From Perkinsus olseni (Eukaryota): a DNA stretch of 55,079 bases. The notes beneath the pieces are model-generated. The model was not told the DNA's origin, made no database searches, and saw only the letters and a program-made list of their open reading frames with translations. Below are positions 21,401-33,588 of this stretch, in pieces. The stretch covers positions 1-55,079 of the forward strand of contig JABANN010000190.1 of NCBI GenBank assembly GCA_013115125.1, written 5' to 3'. Position 1 is the stretch's first letter, and the number at the start of each line of letters is the position of its first letter. A program made the position numbers and the translations under genes.

Positions 21401-23740
21401 AACAGTCGCCATGCTCGGAACTTCAAACCAATACCAGACAGGCGATCACACCTACCCCAGAGGCCAGATGAAAAATAGCCGAGCGAAGCGGCATACAACA
21501 CTCACCGATCGACAGATGCATAGACGATGACGTTGTCGCCGTAGTGGTCTCGCAGAACCTGAGCTCGTTCCACCACCTAAAGCTTCATAAATATAATCTA
21601 CACTGGCCCCAGCCACCATCATACCGCGGGTTCCTGCATCTTCTGCATACTGTAGTCGTAGTGCATACAGGCATGGCCAACTCGTAGAGCAACCTCCCTT
21701 CCCAAGTAGCTGGGGGAACAAGGCAATGACACCCCATATGCCGTACTGGGACCTACTCGACTGAGACGAATCCTCCCTTCTTAAAGTGATAGTCAAGTCC
21801 TAGTATCCTCTTGCAGCAAGTAAGGAAGTGCCTACCACAAAAAGCGTTCCTCTTCCGAAGGGGGCGCCTCCGTGACCCTTCCTACCTCTCATATTCAAAG
21901 AACTGGAACCCTACTAGATCCGCACAGAGCATCCCTTTGAGAAGCTCTTCCCTCACAGGCAGGCACTTATAGAGGTCCGAGCTCGGGAAGGGCGTGTGGA
22001 GGAATAGGCCAACATTAGCGGTCCGTAGCTTCCTTCCTACGAGCCTGAGCACCCATCGACTGAAAGAGGATGTAGGCGAAATGTGGTACTAGTACATCGG
22101 CATGAGAAGTAGATATATATCATGAATCCAGACCATATCCTGATCCTCTCGACAGGAAGCCCACACGACCTAGCAACGACCATCACAGACCCCACACTAA
22201 GGCTGCATCACCTCTGAGAACTTCTGGTTAACAGTCTGATAGGCGGCCCACTGCTGCAGATCGAAGGGACGCGGATTGTCATCGTACACGAAAGACATGA
22301 CAACACTGTGGAATATAGGCCACAGGAACCTGCAAGGCGAATGGGATCGATCGGGGCTGATGGAGGAGGAATACTCACCTGTCACAGAAGCTGACGAAGT
22401 TATTGTAGAGATCCTCGGCAAGAAAAACAGGTATGCAGTCATAATCCAAGAGCAACTCGCGGATCTGATCAGACCAGCACTTCTGATGGAAAAACCGCAA
22501 AATAGCAGTACGGAGGTTCTCACCTCTCGCTGGTCTCCGTAGTCGGTAACATGTACTCCTGGCCACCCAACAAACATGACCCTCTCTGGGTATTGATGCC
22601 GTAGTTGGTACATAGAGGGCATCACATTCCCCGATTCTGACACCCTAGCTTGCCATTCACCTACATCATCAGGGATACCTCAGCCCACCGCCGACAGCAG
22701 GAGCAGCAGACTTACCGTGGACTTTTTCGACTTTCACTGGAAGCTCAAAGCTGACCATGATGACGCCGTTGTTGCTCTCGAGGGGAGGGAAGGAGTCCAA
22801 AGACCGAATGGCTGCCATCCTTTGCTCGAACAGCTGTGGCGGGATGCGAGTATGTTGCACCGGTAAGCGCCCCCACGACCTACCGTGTGCGCAGTGGTCT
22901 CTGGCGTCTGTGAGGTCTGGCTGGCTGCCTCCGAGCTTGGGCGATCATCGAACGATAACGATGAGATATCCTCAGGGTGTAAAGCATTTCGGTACATCCC
23001 GAAGTCATCCTCCACCTGTCAAGAGAACCCTTCCCTCCAGCCGAATCTGCAGTGTCCAACTCACAGTCATCTCGCCTCCTGTTGGTATCATAGTCCGTGT
23101 ATCCCTATCTATGTAGGCGAATAGATTGCTATCCTGGCTCACGAGGGCGTATTGATACGACACGCGGACCCTAACAAGCAGCAAAGTGGCAGCGGAACCC
23201 CCTCACGGAGCACTAAGCCCAGACGACTTTACTACTTAGTTTGGAACTTCACCGGCTCCACCGTGTAAAAGCACGGGAACATATCCTCCTGGGTGAATAG
23301 CTCAATCCCTTGCCGATGGTCCCAGTGACCCAGCGACGTGCAGTCTCCCACCACGACCACCTGTTGCCATCACCGTTACTGTCGAATCACCCACGCCCAG
23401 AGTCCTACTTTGCCATTGCCTTCCTTCAACTTAGACGCATACTCCTGCGGCACTACACACCTGAGACACGGGAAAAAGCGGCCCAGGCGATTGGCAGTAG
23501 GCGTCCTTGTCGTTCCCTACCTAAAAAATACCCTGGTGTAGAGCACTCGCTCTCCGGCAGGGACCGGCGACTGGAGGTCATCGCTGTCGTCAAGGCTGGG
23601 AGCCTTCTCCGGTGCCTCCCCCACTATGGGGTTATCAGCTGCTGATGATGCTGTAGTTGTGGGATTCATCTATTCATGCAGACCCGAAAATAAAGGGCCT
23701 TCTACTGCCAAACCACACTGTGGTTACACCCCGACCCCAT
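18448..23740 (-). CDS. CBM20 + trehalose-6-phosphate synthase (GT20) + HAD trehalose-phosphatase-like protein
   Basis: CBM20-like exon VVVVGDCTSLGHWDHRQGIELFT..MFP. GT20 motifs: FVGWPG, FLWPIFH, WAAYQTVNQKF, VWIHD, GLFLHTPFPSS, SEFSGCS, VNPWN. TPP motifs: RVLFLDNEGTL, LAAEHG, GKGYVEIKLKGVNKG, TVSVGKKPSHA. Stop at 18448-18450; the first exon (MGSG at 23740) is tentative. Confidence 0.9.
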
Positions 23741-23972
23741 GCAGCTCCCCCTAGCCTCAGACAGGAGAAGGCCTACGAAGGAGGTGACTAAACACGCAGC
23801 TGGCTCGGCGAGAGGAGGCTCGTCCAAGCGCTGGTAATGAGGACGACGGTGAGAGCACTCGAGAAGAACACTGCAACACGTAACGGCAAATGGCACGCTA
23901 CGGCAGTTTTATCACATGCGTGGGGTTTATTGGACGATACGACGCTCGAGCCACAGCGGCCACACAAGGGAG

Positions 23973-24930
23973 ATGAGAGAAGTGTTATACGAGCCCGAGA
24001 GGAGGGTTGAGGGTGTATCTAAAGGACTATCATCGATTCATCACCCCAACGCCATCATTGAAGAGGAGAGTTGAGTTTTTGCAAGAGTGCGCAAGTTTGC
24101 AAGGTTCGGTGCCATATTCGTATCAGGGGTCCCGACCTCAACAGTGGGGATTCTCCCGGCTTTCGGGAGCGCGCGAGTTGAACTGGAGCATCCCGCTCTC
24201 GGCGCTAAGTCCTCTTGAACACTCGGAAGGAATGGCGTCCGAGAGCAGAGTCCGAGCAATTGATGAGGAAGACTCGAAAGCCGCGGCGAGGAGGATTCAG
24301 AAGTACTCTTACCGGCGGGCCACGTCAGATAATTGGCCAGGCTGTAGGCCGATATCTCTATAACAAATATGTCGTTCTAAGTGCTACTCGAAGGCTACTG
24401 CTCACCATCATCATTGTTAGTCTGTTGGGCTGAGAAAAGCGCTAGACGCCTCACTTGTGCTTCGTACAGTCTACCATGTCGTGTATGTTGTAGTTTGCAC
24501 TGAAAACATCATTTTATGTAGGCGTGTAAGGAGCTGGCTGAGGCGTAGGAGACTGAAAGCGTTGCTGAGAAGAATCAAGGACCAAGAAAGGTGCTCTTAC
24601 GCCGCCGCCGCCGCCATCATCAACACTCGGCTAGGACACGGTGGCTGTAGATATGTCGAGGAGCATGCCAAGCTGAGTAACCGCCTCGCCACTAAGCGGC
24701 GTGAACTAGCCATGATGAGCAAGCTCTTGCAAGAGCCTGCCGGCGCCCGACAGGTCCTGATCGACCCAAGAGCTACTTCGTTTTATCTGCCCGCATCGTA
24801 GGTATGGGCGTACCATGCACGGATAGAGTGGGAAGCTGCTAGGAAGTAGGTCAGGTCTTGGGTCACGTTGGAGCTCGCCTCTGCAGGATTCAGGACTGGT
24901 GGCGGGGCCGTTTCTCAATAGCTGAAGCCA
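23973..24930 (+). CDS. Multi-exon hypothetical protein
   Basis: Plausible exons bounded by GT/AG (IIGQAVGRYLYN; RVRSWLRRRRLKALLRRIKDQER; YVEEHAKLSNRLATKRRELAMMSKLL). No family recognised; both ends approximate. Confidence 0.35.
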
Positions 24931-25339
24931 AGCTTATGGCTAGGGACAGGAGGAGGGTGATTGTTGGGCGGAAGTGCGGGGTTGAATGCCATTCTTAATA
25001 GGAGCTTGCAGCTCGACGCATCCATGAAGCTTGGCGTATCTTGAGGTCAAGATTGAGACCGGAGACCAAACCTGGCAGTGCCTTCTCTCGAGGCTTGGAG
25101 AACTATCGACGAGAAGCAATTGAGACGAATACGGAGGTCGGATTCCTACGCCCACGGTTTCAGATATTTGAACTCTGAGTGGTCGTCTTAGAGCTCGACT
25201 ACACCTGCTCCCTCAGGTTGACGAGGGATTCGTGCTAGAATTTGAGGAAATGATAGGGAGCCGTCTAGCTGCGGGTAGTACCTCCCTCTCCCTTGCTCTC
25301 ACATCCAGTAGTCGGGAGAGTCTCCAGTGGTGGGGACGC

Positions 25340-26066
25340 CGTCGCGAACCACACTTGCTTTGAGACCCTCGCCGCTAAACGAGCATTGGGCCTACTGGTG
25401 ATCGTGGAATTGTAGGATTTTGTAAGGCGTTTTGTTGCGTACAAAGGCCTTGTGTGTGGCTGTTGGAATTACTGTCTTTCATTTCCAGTACGACGCAGCA
25501 GCATCAGCATGCGTCCTCCTTGGCATCCCCAGTCTCCTCGTAGTCGATCTGCAGGTATCGACACAGCAGACGGGGAGGAGCTGGAGAGGCTTAGGGCACG
25601 GTCATGGCAAGCCTACATCACCTTCCTGCAGCAGCTCCCTCGGTAATACACGTGACTCTCCGCTGCGATGGCACCTGCCCTATCGCAGATCTCGCCGCAA
25701 GGAGAAGAGAAGTTTTGTGGATATAGAGACATGCAAAGGTAGTTGGGGCTAGTGAGACGGTTACTAGGCCGGCAACGGTTTCCGACAGATCTACTCTACG
25801 AGTTCGACAGACTCATCGACTCCGATGTGTCTGAGAATCACCCGAACCGCGTCCGCGGCTTGCTCGACGCTGGAGTGTTGATGGATGCTCGAAGGCAGTA
25901 TGACCAGGAGAAAGCCCGAATCCTGAGGTTACAGTTGTTGCCGTGGAGCCTGTGTCGGACCCTCGGCCGCATGCACTTGGATTGTAGAGACGGTCGTGAG
26001 GGTGGCGACAAGGCTGACGTCGATGGTGCCCTTGCCGTTGATGAAGGCCATGCCAGGGAGAGGTAG
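25340..26066 (+). CDS. Multi-exon hypothetical protein
   Basis: Spliceable exons GIDTADGEELERLRARSWQAYITFLQQLP / SRRKEKRSFVDIETCK / DLLYEFDRLIDSD...QEKARILR. Start is unclear and it may belong to the upstream gene. Confidence 0.4.
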
Positions 26067-26360
26067 GGAGCCGTTGTACGGTGGAGAGCTAGTAGCGCCA
26101 TGCATGGTACTTCTTCTGGTCTCTTGTACGTCTGTGGTTCTGCCAGTGCCTTAGCAGGCCGCCGAGCTCCTGTCCCATTCAGGGATCTCGATACCCTCTG
26201 GGATGCCCTCTTTGGGACCCACAAGGCATTCTAGTCATGGAGCTTGTTGCAGCCCTCCTGCCGATGTTCTTTTCCCGCCTTCCAGCCTTTGCGTTTCAAG
26301 TACAGGAGGATTTCTGGCCTTCTCGATACGTTGGGTAATCATTCCCACATCAGTTGTACC

Positions 26361-28269
26361 ATGACTGAACCCTCCAACCCCACGCCAGAGGTCGCCACCC
26401 CGACCACTGAGCCTTTGAAGGAAGAGGTCCACTTCGCTCACCGTGCCAAGAGGTTGGTGCTGGATGCTGGTGCTATCATCAAGCTGCAGAGGGCTGACAA
26501 CTTCGCCAAGGAGCTTTACACCACTCCTCGGATACTGGGGGAGATCCGGGACAGACAGGCCCGGCAGCACTTGGCCAACCTGCCGGCGCAGCTCAAGGTC
26601 AGGAGCCCGGACACGGAGTCGATGCGGATTGTTCAAGAGTTCGCCAGGAAGACAGGCGACTTTGGTTTCCTGTCTGTCAATGATATGGAGGTTATGGCCC
26701 TGGCGGTGATGCTGTATGGCGAGAGCGGTTGTGACAAGCAACTCTGCACGGCGCCCTCTATGGCCAGGTTTGAGGAAGGTAGTACTGGGAGTAGCAAGGG
26801 TGGGATAGAACTTTAGATCGGTCTTCGCACTTGGTCATGCTAAGTGGAATATCAGACAAGCTTCACTCGGATCATTGTCACCGCCACGACCGGTCCTCCG
26901 GGCCTATCCTGTGCCTTAGTGGCCCATCACTGTCAGGTGCCAAGGGGCGTAAGGCTTTCAGCTGGCGTCCCGAGGAGCCTAAGGGGCCCCAGCAGCAGCA
27001 TCAGACGGAAGAGCCCGCCGTCGCCACGCAGCCGGAGAACACAGAGAGTACCAGGGGAGATATGGACGGTTGAGGGGAGTGCTTTCGTATTCAGGCGCTA
27101 TTCCCGCAGAGTCCGCGGCGGGAGAAGTCGACGAGTCGCCTGCTGCTGCTGATGTGGCACAGAATGGTGACGATGATGATGAGGATGATGGTGGATGGAT
27201 CACAGCCAGCAACTTCAGGAAGTAGTGGTCGACTGGTGATGAGAGATCGCTGTGATGATGACGCTGGGTAGGTATGCCCGGGATAACCATGAGTCCTCTA
27301 CCAAGGATGGCGAGGAGGAGACAATCTCCGAGGTCTCCATCATGTCCGCTGACTACAGTGTGCAGAACGTTATGATGCAGATGGGGGTTGATGTACGCAT
27401 GGTCGTACCGCCGTTGTTGCTGGGGATTGTCGTCGGTCTGCTAGGTGCTGTCCTTCGGTGGGTTCATGATCCGCTCGGTGAAGCTGTGGGCTCTACTCTG
27501 TACCGCATGCCATAAGGTTACTAGGGATACCTCTAAGGTGGTTCTGTCACTGAGATGGCCTGCAACTCTAGAATCACTCTAGAATAGATGGATCTCACTC
27601 GCAGCCATGCGGGACACTTCGGCCTACTCTTGTTTCCAGGTCTTCTGCAATAAGTGTGGTAACGATACAGTATATCGAGTGCCTGTCTATGTTGACTCTG
27701 AGACACGAGAGTTGACAGTGACGAGGAGTCGTAGATGGGAGAAGATGACGGCCAAGAGGAACAAGGGCTCGATGTAGGCTACCCGCATTCGAGAAGTGAC
27801 CCAACCCCGTGTAGCATTATCGTCCGAATCTTGAATCAGTTGGTCGATACCGAAGAACCGTGGAGGTCGTCAAAGCAATCCTCTAATCCTCGCGGAGGAC
27901 GAGCTCCTCATGTCCGGTCGGGATAGGGAGTACCGACGGAAGTGCAACCAGTTGGTCCTCGGCGTCTGCATACCCACTAGGAATGATCCATGCTCAGGTT
28001 CGAGAAGGAGCGACAGCTGCACAACCCCTTCGCCTCGGACTCCCTATACCAGGCTGATCCCTTGATGGGTTGGTGTGCGAGGAGTACCAACTCCAGAGGC
28101 AACGCCTTATTGGGAGTAGGTTGGCGGCGGGGGGCTTCTCTCGGTTATACAGCTCCATCGTGTTGTTGTGACTCAGGATTCCTCCAGCGCTCCTAGAGTT
28201 GAAGCTGGTTATGGCCGTCGTAACCCCAATAGGGGCAACTTCAAGCACACTAAGGGCAAGCGGAAGTAG
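26361..28269 (+). CDS. NOB1: 18S rRNA D-site endonuclease NOB1 (PIN domain + Zn ribbon)
   Basis: PIN motifs RLVLDAGAII, EIRD, TGDFGFLSVNDMEVMALA; DDGGWIT; ADYSVQNVMMQMG; Zn ribbon LCTACHK...FCNKCGN; ILAEDEL; C-terminal GRRNPN; stop at 28267-28269. Confidence 0.93.
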
Positions 28270-28627
28270 TCAGTGCCCCCCCCCCCCCTCCTGTCCCCCA
28301 TTACTGTACAGCCGTTTCGGTTCCTACGTTTTACGCTAGTCCAGAGAGCTTGAGTTGGGGGACCGTCAGCGGGTGGTTTTATGATTCTTCTTAGTTGTTT
28401 GATGCCATCGTCTACGTCCTCACAGTCCTTGTCCCATACCCATCGAGGGCCGATAGCCTCTCAGACTCCCCCTGGCCGACGGGAGCAACGGCGGAGCGAT
28501 GCAGACTTGCCACTTTTGGGAGGGTACCCGAGCGAGCCTTTGACGCCGGAAGAAGGTAACGAGGGTGAGGGTGATCGCGAGTATGGTCTCGGCTCATATG
28601 CGGCCAGGTGGTTGTGAGGATCCCGAG

Positions 28628-29811
28628 ATGAGCAGTGGTCTTAAAGCCGCATCCTTCGACACTCTGCGAGATGCGGTCAACCGTGAGCTCCAGGACATGC
28701 ATCGGGAGGTTGGCAAGGTAGCCCAGATGGCCACTACCGAGATAGCCTATGGACGGCTGTTGCTGGTGACAGGCCCGGCGGACGGTGTCGGCGTCGTCAG
28801 CATCCCCCAAGCAGGAGGAGAAGCGAATTCACGCTAGCATCGATAAGGTAGCTTGCACACGACCCTCATCACAGTAGCCACTTTCAAGGTTCGCCGGTCC
28901 GGTGTCGCAGTACGGCAAATGCTGGACAGGATGCGGCAGCTGGCCGGCGGGGAGGCCGATAGACAGCTTGAGGAGCAGAGACTCCGAGACAATCTGGGTA
29001 CAGCTTCTTCTCTGTGATTGAGGCCCTCTCGGCCATCCTCTCCTTCCAGGCTCCCTCCTGTCGTCCCTTGACCAGCTCCTCTCCTCCTTCCTCGTGTCAG
29101 AGGAACGTACATTAGAGAGGGAGAAAGTGAGGGCTGATCAGATCGACGAAGGCATCCGAGCGAGCTCCCAGAAATACCGTACGCTACCAGTAGGACTGTG
29201 GCAACTCGATGGCAAACGCCTCAGCGTCCTATGCTTCCACCTCTCACACTGGGATGGTCGACCCCACCGCTGAGCGTGCTCAGGGCCAGCAGCAGCCGGA
29301 GGAGGACCCGACAGATGCCTTGCTGCTCAGCATGGCCGAGCTAGATCTTCAAGTGGGCCGCTGCAAAGTACTACCTAGCAAGGCGAGACTGCCTTGGTTC
29401 AGGAGGATATCATCCGTGAGCGGCAGGAGGGTATCAGGAGCATACATTCTGATATCGTAGCCATCAGAGGCCTCTTTCAAGAGGTTGCCTGGCATGTGTC
29501 AGAGCAGGGCCAGGTATGCCGGTCCGCCACACTGTGGAGGGGGCATTGTCGGTGTGGCAGGTCCTAGACAACATAGAGACCAACATGGGGCAGGCCGCCC
29601 TCCGTACAGGGCAGGCCAATCATGAGCTCGCCATCGCTAACGAAAGAGTTCGGAAAAACATGTACACGCGTGCCTTCGTCCAGTCCGCAGCGCCTCGCGT
29701 TGCCCGACCAAGTGCAGGTACTGGTACGTGTGCTACGTGATAACCATTGTCATCATCGTCCTCCTGCTCTTCGTCCTCCTCAAGAGCCTCGTACCAATCT
29801 TCATCGTTTAA
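28628..29811 (+). CDS. Syntaxin (Qa-SNARE, Syx7/12/Pep12-like)
   Basis: SNARE motif IIRERQEGIRSIHSDIVAIRGLFQEVAWHVSEQGQ/VLDNIETNM, with C-terminal anchor YVITIVIIVLLLFVLL. Confidence 0.88.
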
Positions 29812-29997
29812 CCATGCACGCATAGGGGTTCTGTGTCTCTGAGTGCTTCCTTGCATCATTACTGCTGCTGCGGCGAGTGATTTTTTTTCAATTTGTTTGG
29901 GTTCTTGAGTTTACCGTACTTCAGGGGAACTTCCTTCGTCTGCAGCAGCAGAATACGGTTTTTCTATCAGTTTTGAAGTAGCAGCAACAGTGTAGTG

Positions 29998-31629
29998 ATG
30001 CCAGCTCGACCCAACCCGCTACCGGCAGGATGGAAGGAATACCATACTCCTGAAGGGAAGCCGTAGGGCGGCATGAGCAGTGAGGTTGAGCAAGGCCATC
30101 ACCGGCATCTTAGATACTATCACTGCGCTGCAAGGGGCATCACACAGTGGGAGAGGCCAACCGAGGGCGAGCCGCAGATGAGCGACTTGCTACAGTCCGA
30201 CGGGGAGAAATCAAGTGGTGAGAGGTCTCCGCTCTAACCGGGGCACGAATCAGTGAATTCTCGCGATCCGTCGATAAGCACCAGAATTCATGTATCCTCA
30301 CGACGCTTTGCTTCGGCCCTACGTGAAGTGCTTCGAGCCCCATCTTGCTGAGGTTTTGGATCCTCAGGAACGCCGGACTCCACGGCCAGCGCTCGGGATG
30401 ATGCATCGGCCGACATGCGCCTGAACGACAGGCCCAACCCTACGGCGACAGTCAACTTGTCCAGCAAGCCACAACAGCAGCAACAACAGCAGTCTCAACC
30501 TAGATCGGGTAAGGGTACCGTCGTCGTCTCTCGAAGGTGGACCTTCCGACTGTCAGGAGCAATTGGCCGAGGAGTCGAACAGTTCGAGATCGGCGATTCA
30601 AGAAGCGCAGCGAGCAACGCCGCAGCCAGCCGGTACGCAATGGCGTTCGATAGAAGCTCCCGGACGCTGACGTCAGGTTCGGTCCTCCTTCCTTCGCCTC
30701 TAACACCTCCCAGAGCCTGATTGGCGGCGCCGTGGGTGTGTTGGGCAGATTCCAAGGCGTCCGAGGGGTCGGCCAGTACTTCAAGGCCGATCCAGAGACA
30801 GTAGGGCAGCAGCAGCAGCAGCTGCTCATCGCCTCTCTACCTTTTCCAACTGTCGGGTGTTAGGTCTCGTCCAGACTGCGGCAAGGGGTGTCGATGGGCC
30901 TCGGAAGCGGGCCCAATCGGTCTTTGATGGAGCATCCTGATCTCGTTGGACCCAGCATCATCTTACTCCTCTCTGTAGCAGCCAGCAGCGACTATCGCCC
31001 ACCACCTGCTGTCCCTTCATCAGGTGTTGGCCATGTCCGTGGTAACGATGATTACTAACGTGTCCCTGTCCACGCCCGTAGCGGTCTTCATGTCTGGCTC
31101 GATGATCATGATATGCGGCATGACCGGTGTGCCCCTCCTCATCATCATCTTCCAGCGATACTTCGGCGTCAGCGATCCCAACTCGAGGTGGGCTGCAGCA
31201 GCAGCGTCCGGCGTCTTTCCCGCTCTGCTATCTCAGATACTATGCTCCAGCCCTGGGGGCTCCCGTGCCCGGGCCCGAGGAAGCCAAGCCTTTGGAATTC
31301 GCCCCTCTCGTCTCCGCCTACAGGTAGTGTCAACGCTAGCCCACCCTTGATGATGCATCACAACAGTTACTCCTTGGCACCGATGCCTCTAGCAACCCTG
31401 GCCAGCCTCCTCCTCGGTAACTTCTCCATCCTCGCAGGCGCTGGTGCAAGCATTGCTTACCTCAACGTAGCTCTCGAGCGACACCCTTCCATCCCGTTAT
31501 AATTTCCGCTGCCAGGTCCACCTCGGTCCCCCTCTGGCCAATGCTTTCGGTCACTCTCGTGTTGGTTCCATCACCATCATTGCCGGGACTATTGCCCTGT
31601 ACTGGTTAATAATGTCCCTCATGTGGTGA
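29998..31629 (+). CDS. WW-domain + Yip1-family (YIPF1/2-like) membrane protein
   Basis: Spliced N-terminus MPARPNPLPAGWKEYHTPEGKP|YYHCAARGITQWERP is a WW domain. QYFKADPET/VSSRL...HPDLVGP plus ~5 hydrophobic segments and YSLAP match a Yip1 domain. Confidence 0.75.
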
Positions 31630-31851
31630 TACCACTCCTCCACCTCATCGTAGTGGTGCGAGTACCTCAATTGCCGTTTCTTCTCCCTCACCACCATCAT
31701 CATTTTCCAGTGACTATCGACCATTGTATGCTCTCTTGCCTTGCCTTGCGCTTTCAATAATCCCCGACCGGGTGGTCCGCAGTGGGAGACTCCTCCCTTC
31801 ATGTTGTGTGAGCAGGCAAGCCTTCACAGCTTGGTTTTTCCCCGTCCAATT

Positions 31852-33239
31852 ATGTCTCCGGGATCGGGTGATGAGTCCCAGGTCCTGCTGTCAAGTTTTA
31901 TCTACTCCTACCTGTCTGAGTTGAAGCTCATGTTCTCCACCTTGGACGAGGCCACTATCCGCGAGGAGGTGGCCTCGGTCCAGAAGGAGAGCAGTACGGC
32001 GGAGGTCGACATCGAGCGGGTCCTCGAGAGGCTCACCGAGAGGGCCAGCCAAGCTCAGAACACCATGTGAGCTGCTGCCTCTGGTCTCTATGATCGGGTG
32101 ACTTGTTTCTCTCCTGTAGGGCACCTATCGACTTGACGCTATCGGAGGACCCCCCGGAAGCTGAAGACCCCTGGCAGACGGACGTGGAAGTCCTCACTGC
32201 GTTGATGAGCATCGAAGAGCTACTACAGAGAAGTTTTGCCTGCAAAACGTTGGCTACTGTCGTCAGGAATATCGTGCTTCACGCGCCACAAAATTCGAGA
32301 TATCGCACTCTGAAACTGAGCAACCCCAAAGTTGCCCGGCTTTACGACCTTGTTGGAGGTCTCCTACTCCGGCTAGGGTTCGACAAGGACGACAAGAATG
32401 GTGCCACGCTGCAGTGGAGTCGCCAGGCGCCTGATCGTCGTCTCATCGAGGCCCATACCCTACTGGAGAACATAATCTCTTCGCCCGAGGAATGGATCGG
32501 TGTTAAGGCCGACACCTTCTCTAGCGCCGCCGAGCCATCGTCGTCGTCCGGGAAGTCTGCAGGGGTTCCGTCTTCCTCCGCCGCAGGCCCACGTTACACG
32601 CCTAGCGGCAAACTGACTCGGGAGGCCGTCGCAGAACTTACGGAACGGCGACTGAAGAAGCTAGGTCGAGGAGGCGGCTGGGGCTCTGGGGTTATCTACT
32701 CTAACAAGAACGGCAGGGGAAAGATACACGGCATCGAGGATCTTGAGGTCGACTCCGGTGCCACACACTTTGCCGATGACTACCTCCGGATGATTCATGG
32801 ACCTACCCCGGCTGGCTCCTTGCCGGAGCTGACCCAAAGATACTCCGCCGTGGAATACTTGGGTAGGAAGATACTCGACCTTTGTAACGCCGCCCGTCAC
32901 GAGAACGGCAAGCTACGGCGTCTCCAGTGGCACGACGGCGTTGCTGCTGTGGCACGGGCTCATGCAGCGAAGATGGCTTCTGGCGAGGCCCCCTTCTCCC
33001 ACGACGGCTTCGATGGCCGCTGTCGCCAACTGCCCATCGCCTATCAAAGCGCCGGCGAGAACCTGGCTTACAGTAGGGGGGTTGCTAATGGCGCTGCGAC
33101 TACCGTGGATGGCTGGATGAACAGCCCTGGTCACCGGAAGAATCTTCTGACCCCAGGATTCTCCCACTGCGGCATTGGCTGTGCGTACGGTCGTGACGGA
33201 TCTTTATGGGTTACACAGCTCCTCGTTAGTGCCCGATGA
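31852..33239 (+). CDS. CUE-like + PUB + CAP/SCP domain protein
   Basis: LKLMFSTLDEATI...DIERVLERL (CUE-like); TLATVVRNIVLHAPQNSRYRTLKLSN...LLRLGF (PUB); ILDLCNAAR...ARAHAAKMA..FSHD...AGENLA...GWMNSPGHRKNLL..FSHCGIG...VTQL (CAP). One intron at ~32067-32119. Confidence 0.85.
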
Positions 33240-33588
33240 TTATGATAGTATCTTTATCAATAAAATACTGCCAAAATTCACAATTCCTTTCAAGCTGCTT
33301 TAACGGATATTGTTTGTTGAGTTTGAATGAGGGAAGAGGGCAGGCTTCTCCCGGCCGCGGCATCTCTCTAGCGGAACTCATCGTGAACCGCGATGGACCC
33401 GTGGTGACTGGACCGTGTGACCCGTCGCCGTGGATCATCGTGGTGCCGTGGACAGGGTACTCCACTGTGTGGTGGAGTGTCCTACTTTTCCTTATCCGCC
33501 CCCTTGGTGTTCGACATCGGAGGTGTTGCGTCCAAAGGCCGCCTTCTGAAGGATTCAAAATCTGCTTTTTCCCAGGCTTTTTCAATAC

